This document shows positions 25,684-39,084 of a stretch of DNA of 64,000 bases, piece after piece; position 1 is the stretch's first letter, and every line of letters begins with the position of its first letter. The notes under the pieces were generated by a model that was given only the letters and a program-made list of their open reading frames with translations, did no database searches and was not told the DNA's origin. The stretch comes from Eledone cirrhosa (Eukaryota), in assembly GCA_964016885.1 (NCBI GenBank), contig OZ024765.1, forward strand, positions 20,150,001 through 20,214,000. The letters are read 5' to 3'. Both the position numbers and the translations under genes were made by a program.

Positions 25684-26068
25684 ATATTGGTAAACGGAAT
25701 AGAAAATGCTGACAAATTGTTCACAGTTGAAAAATGGTTTAATTAGGAATAAAAGAGTATTAGTGATTGTATGGGTTAGTATTCAGTTGTGGTTTTAAGT
25801 TTTTACCGGTTGCGCATTTCTAAATGCTTTTCAAAAATAATTTTGAGATAGAGTGTCCGTGCTGTTTGCTCTGATCTGAGCAAACAGCACGGACACTCTA
25901 TCTCAAAATTATTTTTGAAAAGCATTTAGAAATGCGCAACCGGTAAAAACTTAAAACCACAACTGAATACTAACCCATACAATCACTAATACTCTTTTAT
26001 TCCTAATTAAACCATTTTTCAACTGTGAACAATTTGTCAGCATTTTCTATTCCGTTTACCAATATATA
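25684..26068. repeat. Near-perfect palindrome, about 190-bp arms
   Basis: Arms are reverse complements around ctctgatctgag (25868-25879); (TA)n flank. Confidence 0.95.
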
Positions 26069-26103
26069 ATAACTTGTGTGTTACACCTCTATTCTTTTAA
26101 CTA

Positions 26104-26151
<48 letters not shown>

Positions 26152-26451
26152 CTGTTTCGAGGGCTATTTCTGGACTCAGAATAGAGTCTGGAGTCCAGAA
26201 ATAGCTGTCGAAACGGCTTGAGCTCTGCTGTCGGGGTCCTGTCTCTTTTCCTATTACCCACTCTACTACCCAAAGTATTGAGTACTCTGGCGCGTTATGG
26301 TCCACCTGGTTCCTTACCACACTTCTTTCATTCTATATATATGGTGAGTAATATCAAATATTACCCAGTTACAAGTATCAAAATAGCTCGAGGTGTTAAG
26401 TATAATACAGAGCTGAAATACAGTTTAAATAACAATCAAAGACTATATATA

Positions 26452-26599
26452 CTGTACTTCCTGGTGTCAAAGACGCTTCTTCTGTCTACTGTGTGTCCCG
26501 GAGGTCGAAGGTTGTTTATTATTTTTTTTTCAAATTTTTGGTTGTCAAAATTAGGGTGGGTCCTCGAGGACAAAGTGTCTTCAACGCCGGGAATTACGG
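26452..26599. mobile_element. MITE, Tc1/pogo type
   Basis: TA flanks; imperfect 23-bp TIR ctgtacttcctggtgtcaaagac / gtcttcaacgccgggaattacgg. Confidence 0.6.
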
Positions 26600-26734
26600 T
26601 AATCTTTCAAATATTTAAAAACTAACGACTGTTTCAGAAGTGACATCCATTCCACCTCAAGATACAGAAATCAAATTTAAAAAATACAAATAAAATACTA
26701 CTCCTTTCCTCTCATAACTCAGGCCACCACTCCC

Positions 26735-27425
26735 ACAAGATTCCTAGAGGTATTACCTGAAACCCACCCCCTCAAGATTCCTAAAGGTATTAGCTAATCC
26801 TACCACACACCAAGTTTACTACTGGTTTTACCTGAAACCCACCCCCTCAAGATTCCTGTAGGTATTAGCTAATGCTACCACAACCCAAGTTTACAACTGG
26901 TATTAGCTAATCCTACCACACCCCAAGTTTACAACTGGTATCAACTAATCCCATTATCCCCAAGTTTACAACTGGTATCACCTAATGCCACTATCCCCAG
27001 GTTTACAACTGGTATCATCTAATCCCACTATCCCCAGGTTTACAACTGGTATCATCTAATCCCACTATCCCCAGGTTTACAACTGGTATCATCTAATCCT
27101 ACCACACCCCAAGTTTACTACTGGTATTAGCTAATCCCACTATGCCCAAGTTTACAACTGGTATCATCTAATCCCACTATCCCCAGGTTTACAACTGGTA
27201 TTATCTAATCCCACTATCCCCAAGTTTACTACTGGTATTAGCTAATCCCACTATGCCCAAGTTTACAACTGGTACCATCTAATCCCACTATCCCCAGGTT
27301 TACAACTGGTATCAGCTAATCCCACTATCCCCAAGTTTACAACTGGTATCATCTAATCCCACTATCCCCAAGTTTACTACTGGTATCATCCCACCACACC
27401 CCAAGTTTACAACTGGTATCAGCTA
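26735..27425 (+). repeat. 37-bp minisatellite, about 17 copies
   Basis: ctaatcccactatccccaggtttacaactggtatcat. Confidence 0.95.
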
Positions 27426-27737
27426 GTGACAGTTCCAGTGAGTGACACTTATTTCTACAAAAATAGAAAATTTAGTCACCAGTTTCCATGAAAAATGGTG
27501 GACTGTATGTTAGAGTTCCATGTCTGATTCTCAGTAGCCTACGTATATACATATATATATGTGTGTGTGTATAAACATATATATATATATATATGTGTGT
27601 GTCTGTGTGTGTATATATATATATATATAGATAGATATTTGTATGGATATATATATAAACATATACGCATATATACATATACACACAAACATGCACACAC
27701 ATATATATATATATATAGATGTATATATGTATATACA

Positions 27738-28079
27738 TATCATCATCATCATCATTTCTTTTTACGTCCGCTTTTTCCCTGCTTGCAAGGGTGGGACGGG
27801 AACTGATTCTGGCTTGATTTCTACAGCAGGATGCCCTTCCTAACACCAACCTCATTTACAGTGAGTCCTGGGTGCTTTATTGCCGTGGCACCTCCACGAC
27901 CACTTTGCAGTGGAATGATAGGGACCCCAGTCCCTATCATCTCATTTCTACAGCTGAGTAAACTGGAGCAATGTGAAATAAAGTGTCTTGCTCAAGGAAA
28001 CAACACATCACCCTGAGAATTGAACTCACAACCTTTCAATTGCAAGGCCAATGCCCTAACCACTAAGCCATGTGCCTCC
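27738..28079 (-). mobile_element. tRNA-derived SINE copy
   Basis: Reverse complement of 560-913. Confidence 0.92.
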
Positions 28080-28081
28080 AT

Positions 28082-28208
<127 letters not shown>

Positions 28209-28494
28209 CCACATGCAGTCTCAGTTGATTACCTCACAGTGGCGTGGCGTGGCGTGGCGTGGCGTGGCGTGGCGTGGTGTAGTGTAGTGTGGTATAGTGT
28301 AGTGTAGTGTAGTGTAGTGGTGTGGTGTAGTGTAGTGTAGTGGTGTGGTGTAGTATCTCCAAAGGTGTAGTCAGCTGTGTGTAAACATATCTTTATCAAT
28401 CTATGTCACACTAATTTATATTGAAACAACTGTCGGAGATTTAAAGGAGAGGATTGTCAAATAAAAGATAGGAAAACTACTTAAAAACCATCCC

Positions 28495-28531
<37 letters not shown>

Positions 28532-28622
28532 CATATATATGTATATATATGTATTGTTGGAATTTCCTACAATTCTTTTAACTTAACTTCCTGTCTTGTC
28601 TGAATCTCTCTCTCTCTATATA

Positions 28623-28691
<69 letters not shown>

Positions 28692-28807
28692 TACTGGCAT
28701 TGATAAATATGCTGGGTCCGTCAACCCTTATTATTATATCCCACCGAGGTTGACTTTGCCTTTCATCCTTACAGGGTCGATAAAATAAAGTACCAGTAAT
28801 GCACTGG

Positions 28808-29800
28808 TTTTTCTGGGTCTACCTACTCCATAGCTACCATCAATTTTGATCGCCCTGCACTTTTTTAAACAGCTGTCGTCTTTCATGCGCATCACGTGGC
28901 CATACCACTTCTCTCGAGTAAACAGCATCTGATCCCTCTTATTCCTAATTTCTCACTTAGTTTACTTATGCTTTGCCGTTCACGCATATTACTATTACAC
29001 ATCCAACGGAGCATGCATGCTTCGTTCCTTTCCAGTTTACGCAGGTCCTCTGCACGCAATGCCCATGTCTCACTGCCATGTAGCATTGCCGTTCGTATAC
29101 AGGCATCATACAATCTGCCTTTCATTTTTAGAGAGAAACCTTTTGTGGCCAACAGCTGTATAAGCTCTCTGAACTTTTTCCATCCCGCTCTGACTCTGGC
29201 TACTGTACTTTCAGAATACCCTCTACCACTGCTGATTTTGTCACCCAGGTAACGGAAAGTGTCTACTATTTCTATAGAACCATCTGTGCAATAGAAGGAG
29301 CTAGTATCCTGTGGCCACTTGCTACCTATGTCACCTGAGCATCGGCCACATATAAACTCTATGTTCTTAGATAGTTTACCTGTGATCACACTACAACTTT
29401 TATGTACCCATACTTTGCATTTGGGACATAAAATTGAATTTCTGTCTACTCCTTTCCTACACACTGAGCAAGACAATTTCCCTGAGGGTACCAGTGCCTT
29501 ATTTTCCTTTCTACAAACTAGGACTTTAGTCTTAGACAAGTTAACTTTAAGGCCTTTTGATTCCAGGCCATGCTTCCATGTTTGGAATTTCTTTTCTAGT
29601 TCAACCATTGATTCAGCTATGAGCATTAGATCATCTGCGTATAGGAGTTCCCATGGGCAGCCGGTCTTGAACTTCTCTGTTAGAGCCTGAAGGGCAATAA
29701 TAAATAGGAGGGGGCTAAGGACGGAGCCCTGATGAACACCAACTTTTACGCTAAACTCTTCACTATATTCGTTGTTAATTCTAACCTTACAGACTGTTTC
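28808..29800 (-). mobile_element. RTE LINE fragment (RT core, PHD-like finger, thumb), frameshifted near 3' end
   Basis: GVHQGSVLSPLLF, LYADD, CSVCRKG...HKSC...CGRC, FRYLG. Confidence 0.92.
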
Positions 29801-29801
29801 A

Positions 29802-30920
29802 TTATAGAGTAATGTAAATGTTATGTGAGATATTATGTGAGGTAAAGCCTTTACTGTGAAAATACAATAGTATATATAGAGTAATGTAAATGTTATGTGA
29901 GATATTATGTGAGGTAAAGCCTTTACTGTGAAAATACAATAGTATTTATAGAGTAATGTAAATGGTATGTGAGATATTATGTGAGGTAAAGCCTTTACTG
30001 TGAAAATACAATAGTATTTATAGAGTAATGTAAATGGTATGTGAGATATTATGTGAGGTAAAGCCTTTACTGTGAAAATACAATAGTATTTATAGAGTAA
30101 TGTAAATGTTATGTGAGATATTATGTGAGGTAAAGCCTTTACTGTGAAAATACAATAGTATATATAGAGTAATGTAAATGTTATGTGAGATATTATGTGA
30201 GGTAAAGCCTTTACTGTGAAAATACAATAGTATTTATAGAGTAATGTAAATGGTATGTGAGATATTATGTGAGGTAAAGCCTTTACTATGAAACTACAAT
30301 AGTATTTATAGAGTAATGTAAATGGTATGTGAGATATTGTGAGAGGTAAAGCCTTTACTGTGAAAATACAATAGTATATATAGAGTAATGTAAATGTTAT
30401 GTGAGATATGTGAGGTAAAGCCTTTACTGTGAAAATACAATAGTATTTATAGAGTAATGTAAATGGTATGTGAGATATTATGTGAGGTAAAGCCTTTACT
30501 GTGAAAATACAATAGTATTTATAGAGTAATGTAAATGGTATGTGAGATATTATGTGAGGTAAAGCCTTTACTGTGAAAATACAATAGTATTTATAGAGTA
30601 ATGTAAATGTTATGTGAGATATTATGTGAGGTAAAGCCTTTACTGTGAAAATACAATAGTATATATAGAGTAATGTAAATGTTATGTGAGATATTATGTG
30701 AGGTAAAGCCTTTACTGTGAAAATACAATAGTATTTATAGAGTAATGTAAATGGTATGTGAGATATTATGTGAGGTAAAGCCTTTACTATGAAACTACAA
30801 TAGTATTTATAGAGTAATGTAAATGGTATGTGAGATATTGTGAGAGGTAAAGCCTTTACTGTGAAAATACAATAGTATATATAGAGTAATGTAAATGTTA
30901 TGTGAGATATGTGAGGTAAA
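29802..30920 (+). repeat. 72-bp minisatellite, about 15.5 copies
   Basis: Period 72; stop-free on minus strand (24-aa repeat). Confidence 0.97.
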
Positions 30921-30956
30921 GGTAAAGCTTTAAAAGAAAACTGACAAGTGTGTGTG

Positions 30957-30988
<32 letters not shown>

Positions 30989-31039
30989 CACACACACACA
31001 TATATATATATATATATGCACACACACACACATATATAT

Positions 31040-31070
31040 GTTAATATATATATACACACACGTATATATA

Positions 31071-31103
<33 letters not shown>

Positions 31104-31347
31104 GTGTGTGTGAATATATATATATATATATATATGTTGTTAACACTAATTAATTATTTGTTTTAATTGAAGTTTGTAGGATGAGTGAAAGCTCCCCAGT
31201 GAACATCAGAGTAGCTTGTGTGGGGTGATGTGGTCTGAGGAGTGGGTGTGGCTGGCCAGGGTGAAGTAAGGTTGAAATATTATCTAGGATCTGGTTGACA
31301 GTTTACAGAGATTTTCACTTAATGATACATGACCTCACTCTAAATAC

Positions 31348-31379
<32 letters not shown>

Positions 31380-32586
31380 CATCATCATCATCATCATTTC
31401 ATTTTACTTCCGCTTTTTCCCTGCTTGCAAGGGTGGGACGGGAACTGATTCTGGCTTGAGTTCTACAGCTGGATGCCCTTCCTAACACCAACCTCATTTA
31501 CAGTGAGTGCTGGGTGCTTTTTTGCCGTGGCGCCTACACGTCCACTTTACAGTGGAATGATAGGGACCCCAGTCCCTATCATCTCATTTCTACAGCTGAG
31601 TAAACTGGAGCAATGTGAAATAAAGTGTCTTGCTCAAGGAAACAACACATCACCCTGTTTGAGAATTGAACTCACAACCTTTCGATTGCAAGCCCAATGC
31701 TCTAACCACTAAGCCATGTGCCTCCGTATATATATATATATATCATCATCATCATCATCATCATCATTTAACGTCCATGTTCCACGCTTGCATGGGTTTG
31801 GACGGGAGTTTTCCCACTTGAGGCAAGAGTGGTTGTCTTGCTCGCATAGGACTGTCTGGCAGGTTTTCTACAGCTGGATGCCCTTCCTAACACCAACCAC
31901 ATTTACAGTGTGGGGCTGGGAGGTTTTTACCGTGTTGCCTACACGGCCACATTACAGCGTGGACTGTCTGGCAGGTTTTCTACAGCTGGATGCCCTTCCT
32001 AAGACCAACCTCATTTACAGTGTGGGACTGGGAGGTTTTTACCGTGTTACCTACACGGCCACATTACAGCGTGGACTGTGTGTTTTTTTGTCGTGACACC
32101 TACACGACCTCATTTGTTTCGGCCTGGATGGCGCGGCACCAACATAACTTTACATTGAAAGGGGTGGTGTGGATGGGGTGTATTTTGTTAGAGGTGCCTA
32201 CTGACTGTAGTAGGTTTTACTTTGTATTTAGGTATATATATATGTACACACACATATATATATATACACACACACACGTGTGTGTGTATATATATATATA
32301 TATGTGTGTGTATATATATATATATGTGTGTGTGTATATATATGTGTGCGTGTGTATATATATATATATGTTGTTAACACTAATTAATTATTCGTTTTAA
32401 TTGAGGTTTGTAGGATGAGTGAAAGCTCCCCAGTGGACATCAGAGTAGCTTGTGTGGGGTGATGTGGTCTGAGGAGTGGGTGTGGCTGGCCAGGGTGAAG
32501 TAAGGTTGAAATATTATCTAGGATCTGGTTGACAGTTTACAGAGATTTTCACTTAATGATACATGACCTCACTCTAAATACATATG

Positions 32587-32627
<41 letters not shown>

Positions 32628-33719
32628 TCATCATCATTTCATTTTACATCTGCTTTTTCCCTGCTTGCAAGGGTGGGACGGGAACTGATTCTGGCTTGAT
32701 TTCTACAGCTGGATGCCCTTCCTAACACCAACCTCATTTACAGTGAGTGCTGGGTGCTTTTTTGCCGTGGCACCTCCACGACCACTTTACAGTGGAATGA
32801 TAGGGACCCCAGTCCCTATCATCTCATTTCTACAGCTGAGTAAACTGGAGCAAAGTGAAATAAAGTGTCTTGCTCAAGGAAACAACACATCACCCGGTCT
32901 GAGAATTGAACTCACAACCTTTCGATTGCAAGCCCAATGCTCTAACCACTAAGCCATGTGCCTCCGTATATATATATATATATCATCATCATCATCATCA
33001 TCATCATTTAACGTCCGTGTTCCACGCTTGCATGGGTTTGGACGGGGGTAGTCCCACTTGAGGCAAGAGTAATTGTCTTGCTCGCATAGGACTGTCTGGC
33101 GGGTTTTCTACAGTTGGATGCCCTTCCTAACACCAACCACATTTACAGTGTGGGTCTGGGAGGTTTTTACCGTGTTGCCTACATGGCCACATTACAGCGT
33201 GGACTGTGTGTTTTTTTGTCGTGACACCTACACGACCTCATTTGTTTCGGCCTGGATGTTGTGGGACCAACATAACTTTACATGGAAAGGGGTGGTGTGG
33301 ATGGGGTGGGGGCGGGGTGTATTTTGTTAGAGGTGCCTACTGACTGTAGTAGGTTTTACTTTGTATTTAGGTATATATATATGTACACACACATATATAT
33401 ATATACACACACACACGTGTGTGTATATATATATATATGTGTGTGTATATATATATATATGTGTGTGTGTATATATATGTGTGCGTGTATATATATATAT
33501 ATGTTGTTAACACTAATTAATTATTCGTTTTAATTGAGGTTTGTAGGATGAGTGAAAGCTCCCCAGTGAACATCAGAGTAGCTTGTGTGGGGTGATGTGG
33601 TCTGAGGAGTGGGTGTGGCTGGCCAGGGTGAAGTAAGGTTGAAATATTATCTAGGATCTGGTTGACAGTTTACAGAGATTTTCACTTAATGATACATGAC
33701 CTCACTCTAAATACATATG

Positions 33720-33758
<39 letters not shown>

Positions 33759-34095
33759 TCATCATCATTTCATTTTACATCTGCTTTTTCCCTGCTTGCA
33801 AGGGTGGGATGGGAACTGATTCTGGCTTGAGTTCTACAGCTGGATGCCCTTCCTAACACCAACCTCATTTACAGTGAGTGCTGGGTGCTTTTTTGCCGTG
33901 GCACCTCCACGACCACTTTGCAGTGGAATGATAGGGACCCCAGTCCCTATCGTCTCATTTCTACAGCTGAGTAAACTGGAGCAATGTGAAATAAAGTGTC
34001 TTGCTCAAGGAAACAACACATCACCCGGTCTGAGAATTGAATTCACAACCTTTGATTGCAAGGCCAATGCTCAAACCACTAAGCCATGTGCCTCC
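31040..34095. repeat. Tandem triplication of a 1.1-1.2-kb composite unit (unique segment + SINE + RTE tail)
   Basis: gttgttaacactaattaatt...gacctcactctaaatac recurs at about 31136, 32369, 33502. Confidence 0.92.
31378..31725 (-). mobile_element. tRNA-derived SINE copy (further copies 32625-32965 and 33755-34095 in the triplication)
   Basis: Reverse complement of 560-913. Confidence 0.92.
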
Positions 34096-34322
34096 ATATA
34101 TATATAACATTATATACACACACATATATATATGATGGCTGCCCCCTTGTTATCGAGTATGGCCATTGCGCGAGAAGAAAAAAAAAAAAAATTTATAAAT
34201 ATACACATACAAACATATACATATATATATATACACACATACGAACAAATATATATACATATATATATACACACATACAAACATATATATATACATATAT
34301 ATATATATACACACATACAAAC

Positions 34323-34354
<32 letters not shown>

Positions 34355-34465
34355 AAACATATATATATACACATATATATATACACACATACAAACATAT
34401 ATATATATACACATATATATATACACATATATATATACACATATATATATACACACATACAAACA

Positions 34466-34497
<32 letters not shown>

Positions 34498-34652
34498 CAC
34501 ACATACAAACAAATATACAAACATATATATATACACACATACAAACATATATATATACATATATATATATACACACATACAAACATATATATATATACAC
34601 ACATACAAACATATATATATATACATATATATATATATACACACATACAAAC

Positions 34653-34684
<32 letters not shown>

Positions 34685-35040
34685 AAACATATATATATAC
34701 ACATATATATATATACACACATACAAACATATATATATACACATATATATACACACATACAAACATATATATATACATATATATATATACACACATACAA
34801 ACATATATATATATACATATATATATACACACATACAAACATATATATATACATATATATATACACACATACAAACATATATATATACACACATACAAAC
34901 ATATATATATATACATATATATATATACACACATAGTATTAAGGGTACTATTTATGGTTATGTATACAATAAAACCTTTGATGGTAATATATTATATATA
35001 CACAAACCCTGAAAAGGAGGTCAAGTATGTTATAAATAAC

Positions 35041-35087
35041 TGCTCCGAAGAATCCAAACCTCGGTTTGGAGGAAACAATTGTAAGCA
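35041..35087 (+). ncRNA. Hammerhead motif with one core substitution, family F
   Basis: tgct-CCGAAGA-a-tccaaac/gtttgga-g-GAAA-caattg-TA-agca; palindromic stem III region. Confidence 0.65.
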
Positions 35088-35404
35088 AATAAATGACTTA
35101 AACTGAACTTTGATTACTGTAATCTCTATATATACACACATACAAACATATATATACACACATACAAACATATATATATACGTTGATGGGCGTGAGCCCG
35201 AAATATTGGGATTAAATCTCCACTACGGTAACCCTTCTACCTTTGTTTTGTTTTCCTTTTTCGTTTCTCTCAATTTTCACTTTTCTCCTATTTCTCACTC
35301 ACTTCTTACCTCGAGATTTCCCATCTGCATTGTTGTGGCTTTCTAAACTACATATTATACATATATATATACACACATACAAACATATATATATACATAT
35401 ATAT

Positions 35405-35904
35405 ATGTTGGCTGCCAACTCGTTTTCGAGTACGGCCACTACTTTATATCCATGTAGGAGAACCCCTACCGATGCGCTGAACGAGTGTGACTTTTTAGTC
35501 CAGCCAGCGACTTGAAAACTCTGGTACAAATACTACACTTGTGACAATTATATATATATACATATATATATACACACATACAAACATATATATATACATA
35601 TATATATGTTGGCTGCCAACTCGTTTTCGAGTACGGCCACTACTTTATATCCATGTAGGAGAACCTGTACTGATGCGCTGAACGAGTGTGACTTTTTAGT
35701 CCAGCCAGCGACTTGAAAACTCTGGTACAAACACTACACTTGTGACAATTATATATATATATGGTGGCTGCCAACTCGTTTTCGAGTACGGCCACTACTT
35801 TATATCCATGTAGGAGAACCCATACCGATGAGCTGAACGAGTGTGACTTTTTAGTCCAGCCAGTGACTTGAAAACTCTGGTACAAACACTACACTTGTGA
35901 CAAT

Positions 35905-35905
<1 letters not shown>
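35405..35905 (-). mobile_element. Three tandem 3'-end fragments of another RTE-type LINE with C-terminal C2H2 finger (single copy also at 9748-9891)
   Basis: Minus strand reads CSVCTRVFKSLAGLKSHTRSAH, then short UTR tagtggccgtactcgaaaacgagttggcagcca; units separated by (TA)n. Confidence 0.7.
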
Positions 35906-35936
<31 letters not shown>

Positions 35937-36424
35937 TATATACACACATACAAACATATATATACATATATATATACACACAGACACAAACATTATTTTT
36001 CCTCTCTTTATGTTGCCTCACCATTCGTGTCTGTTTGCATGATTTTCTCTCCCCGCCCCCCATTTTTTTTTTATCCCAATAACTTATTTTAGTTATTGCT
36101 TACCTCAGGCTGAGGTATCTTTTCTAGGACGTGAAGGAATACCTATGAGCCCTAGCAGACAACTGATGATGGATATTACCCTCTTTTGCACAAGGTTAAC
36201 TTTGCCTTTCATCCTTACGGGGGGGGGGGGGGGGGTAATATAAAGTACCAGTAATGCACTGGGTTATTGCTGGCCTTGTGCCAAAAGTAGAAACAATTAT
36301 ATATATATATATATATGTATACAAACATATATACATATTTATCAAGTTTAATATAGAAATGGCTTCTACAGGACTAGAACTGTTTCATTCAAAAGAAATC
36401 ATCCTGATGTTAAGTGACTCTCAA

Positions 36425-38020
36425 TCACTTAACCCTGTGATGGACTGGTGTCCTGTCCAGGAGTGGAGGAAGTCTTGTACACTCAGTCACTTAACGGCCA
36501 TGGAACTAAGACAGACTTTAACCCTGTAATGGACTGGTGTCCTGTCCAGGGGAAGTCTTGTACTCTCAGTCACTTAACACTGTGATGGACTGGTGTCCTG
36601 TCCAGGGGAGGTCTTGAACTCTCAGTCACTTAACACTGTGATGGACTGGTGTCCTGTCCAGGGGAGGTCTTGAACTCTCAGTCACTTAACACTGTGATGG
36701 ACTGGTGTCCTGTCCAGGGGAGGTCTTGAACTCTCAGTCACTTAACACTGTGATGGACTGGTGTCCTGTCCAGGGGAGGTCTTGAACTCTCAGTCACTTA
36801 ACACTGTGATGGACTGGTGTCCTGTCCAGGGGAGGTCTTGAACTCTCAGTCACTTAACACTGTGATGGACTGGTGTCCTGTCCAGGGGAGGTCTTGAACT
36901 CTCAGTCACTTAACACTGTGATGGACTGGTGTCCTGTCCAGGGGAGGTCTTGAACTCTCAGTCACTTAACACTGTGATGGACTGGTGTCCTGTCCAGGGG
37001 AGGTCTTGTACTCTCAGTCACTTAACCCTGTGATGGACTGGTGTCCTGTCCAGGAGAGGTCTTGTACTCTCAGTCACTTAACCCTGTGATGGACTGGTGT
37101 CCTGTCCAGGAGAGGTCTTGTACTCTCAGTCACTTAACCCTGTGATGGACTGGTGTCCTGTGCAGGGGAAGTGTTGTACTCTCAGTCACTTAACCCTGTG
37201 ATGGACTGGTGTCCTGTCCAGGGGAAGTCTTGTACTCTCAGTCACTTAACACTGTGATGGACTGGTGTCCTGTCCAGGGGAAGTCTTGTACTCTCAGTCA
37301 CTTAACCCTGTGATGGACTGGTGTCCTGTGCAGGGGAAGTGTTGTGCTCTCAGTCACTTAACCCTGTGATGGACTGGTGTCCTGTGCAGGGGAAGTCTTG
37401 TACTCTCAGTCACTTAACCCTGTGATGGACTGGTGTCCTGTGCAGGGGAAGTCTTGTACTCTGTCACTTAACCCTGTGATGGACTGGTGTCCTGCCCAGG
37501 GGAAGTCTTGTGCTTTCAGTCACTTAATCCTGTGATGGACTGGTGTCCTGTGCAGGGAAAGTCTTGTGCTTTCAGTCACTTAACCCTGTGATGGACTGGT
37601 GTCCTGTCCAGGGGAGGTCTTGTACTCTCAGTCACTTAACCCTGTGATGGACTGGTGTCCTGTGCAGGGGAAGTCTTGTACTCTCAGTCACTTAACCCTG
37701 TGATGGACTGGTGTCCTGTGCAGGGGAAGTCTTGTACTCTGTCACTTAACCCTGTGATGGACTGGTGTCCTGCCCAGGGGAAGTCTTGTGCTTTCAGTCA
37801 CTTAATCCTGTGATGGACTGGTGTCCTGTGCAGGGAAAGTCTTGTGCTTTCAGTCACTTAACCCTGTGATGGACTGGTGTCCTGTGCAGGGGAAGTCTTG
37901 TACTCTGTCACTTAACACTGTGATGGACTGGTGTCCTGCCCAGGGGAAGTCTTGTACTCTCAGTCACTTAACCCTGTGATGGACTGGTGTCCTGTCCAGG
38001 TGAGGAAGTCACAACTCACT
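36425..38020 (+). repeat. 56-bp minisatellite, about 28 copies
   Basis: ctcagtcacttaaccctgtgatggactggtgtcctgtccaggggaagtcttgtact. Confidence 0.97.
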
Positions 38021-38299
38021 TAACACCAATGAAACCAGGATAAGCACCAGCCTGAAGAGCTTCTGGAATTGTGACAGACTTTTCAGAATCTCATTTTGAA
38101 GTGACAATGTCTCACTTTGAAGTGACAATGTCTCACTTTGAAGTAATAATGTCTCACTTTGAACTATGCCCTTACTTTGAATTACAAATACTGTAATTAA
38201 TAAGCAAGGGTCTTGCTGCTATTAATTAACACAATGTCATTACCATATGTTCATTAAGCTGTGTTGACATAATGGACACTGTATTGCTGTGTATTGTAA

Positions 38300-38349
<50 letters not shown>

Positions 38350-38939
38350 GGTGTTAAAGTTTGCTTGAAGCATTGTGAAATATGTAAAATATGTAGTTTA
38401 GAAAGCCACATTGTTGTGGCTTTCTAAACTACATATTTTACATATATATATATATTTTTTTATTTTTTTTATTTTATAGAAGGAGCTTCTACAGGACTAG
38501 TACTGTTTCATTCAGATGAAATCTTCAGGAAGCTGGGTGTCATATTAAGTTCTGGTATTTATACATTTAGGTAGTGGTAAGGGAGGGGTGGTGGCTGGGA
38601 GGTGGGGGGGGGGGGGGGATTTTTTGGGGTAGGATGGTATTTAGATACACAGGGCCACAACATGGCACAGGCCGTTTTTTCTTTGGGGAGTGGTCAATTA
38701 TTATTTTTTTCTTTATTTATTTATTTTTTTTTTTTAAATTTATTTATTCATTTATTTATTTATTTACTTATTTATTTATTTCAAAAAAGCACTCTGGCTA
38801 ATTGACCACTCCCCAAAGAAAAAACGGCCTGTGCCATGTTGTGGTCCTGTGTATCTAAATACCATCCTACCCCAAAAAATCCCCCCCCCCCCCTTACCAC
38901 TACCTAAATGTATAAATACCAGAACTTAATATGACACCC

Positions 38940-38990
38940 AGCTTCCTGAAGATTTCATCTGAATGAAACAGTACTAGTCCTGTAGAAGCT
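38940..38990 (+). ncRNA. Type I hammerhead motif, family B (inverted copy 38484-38534; others 42390-42440 minus, 36361-36412 minus truncated)
   Basis: agcttc-CTGAAGA-tttcatctgaat-GAAA-cag(tactagtc)ctg-TA-gaagct; stem I covaries with 11643-11695. Confidence 0.85.
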
Positions 38991-39084
38991 CCTTCTATAA
39001 AATAAAAAATTATTACTCTGCCATGTATTGAGTACCTTACTTACTGTGGTTATCCCCGACTCAACCCGGGACCTACGTATATAT

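Noticed and set aside
28892-31057. 721-aa ORF as a novel repeat-RT fusion protein
   Set aside because: Starts in a TA/CA microsatellite, runs through a 72-bp satellite into a truncated, frameshifted RTE fragment.
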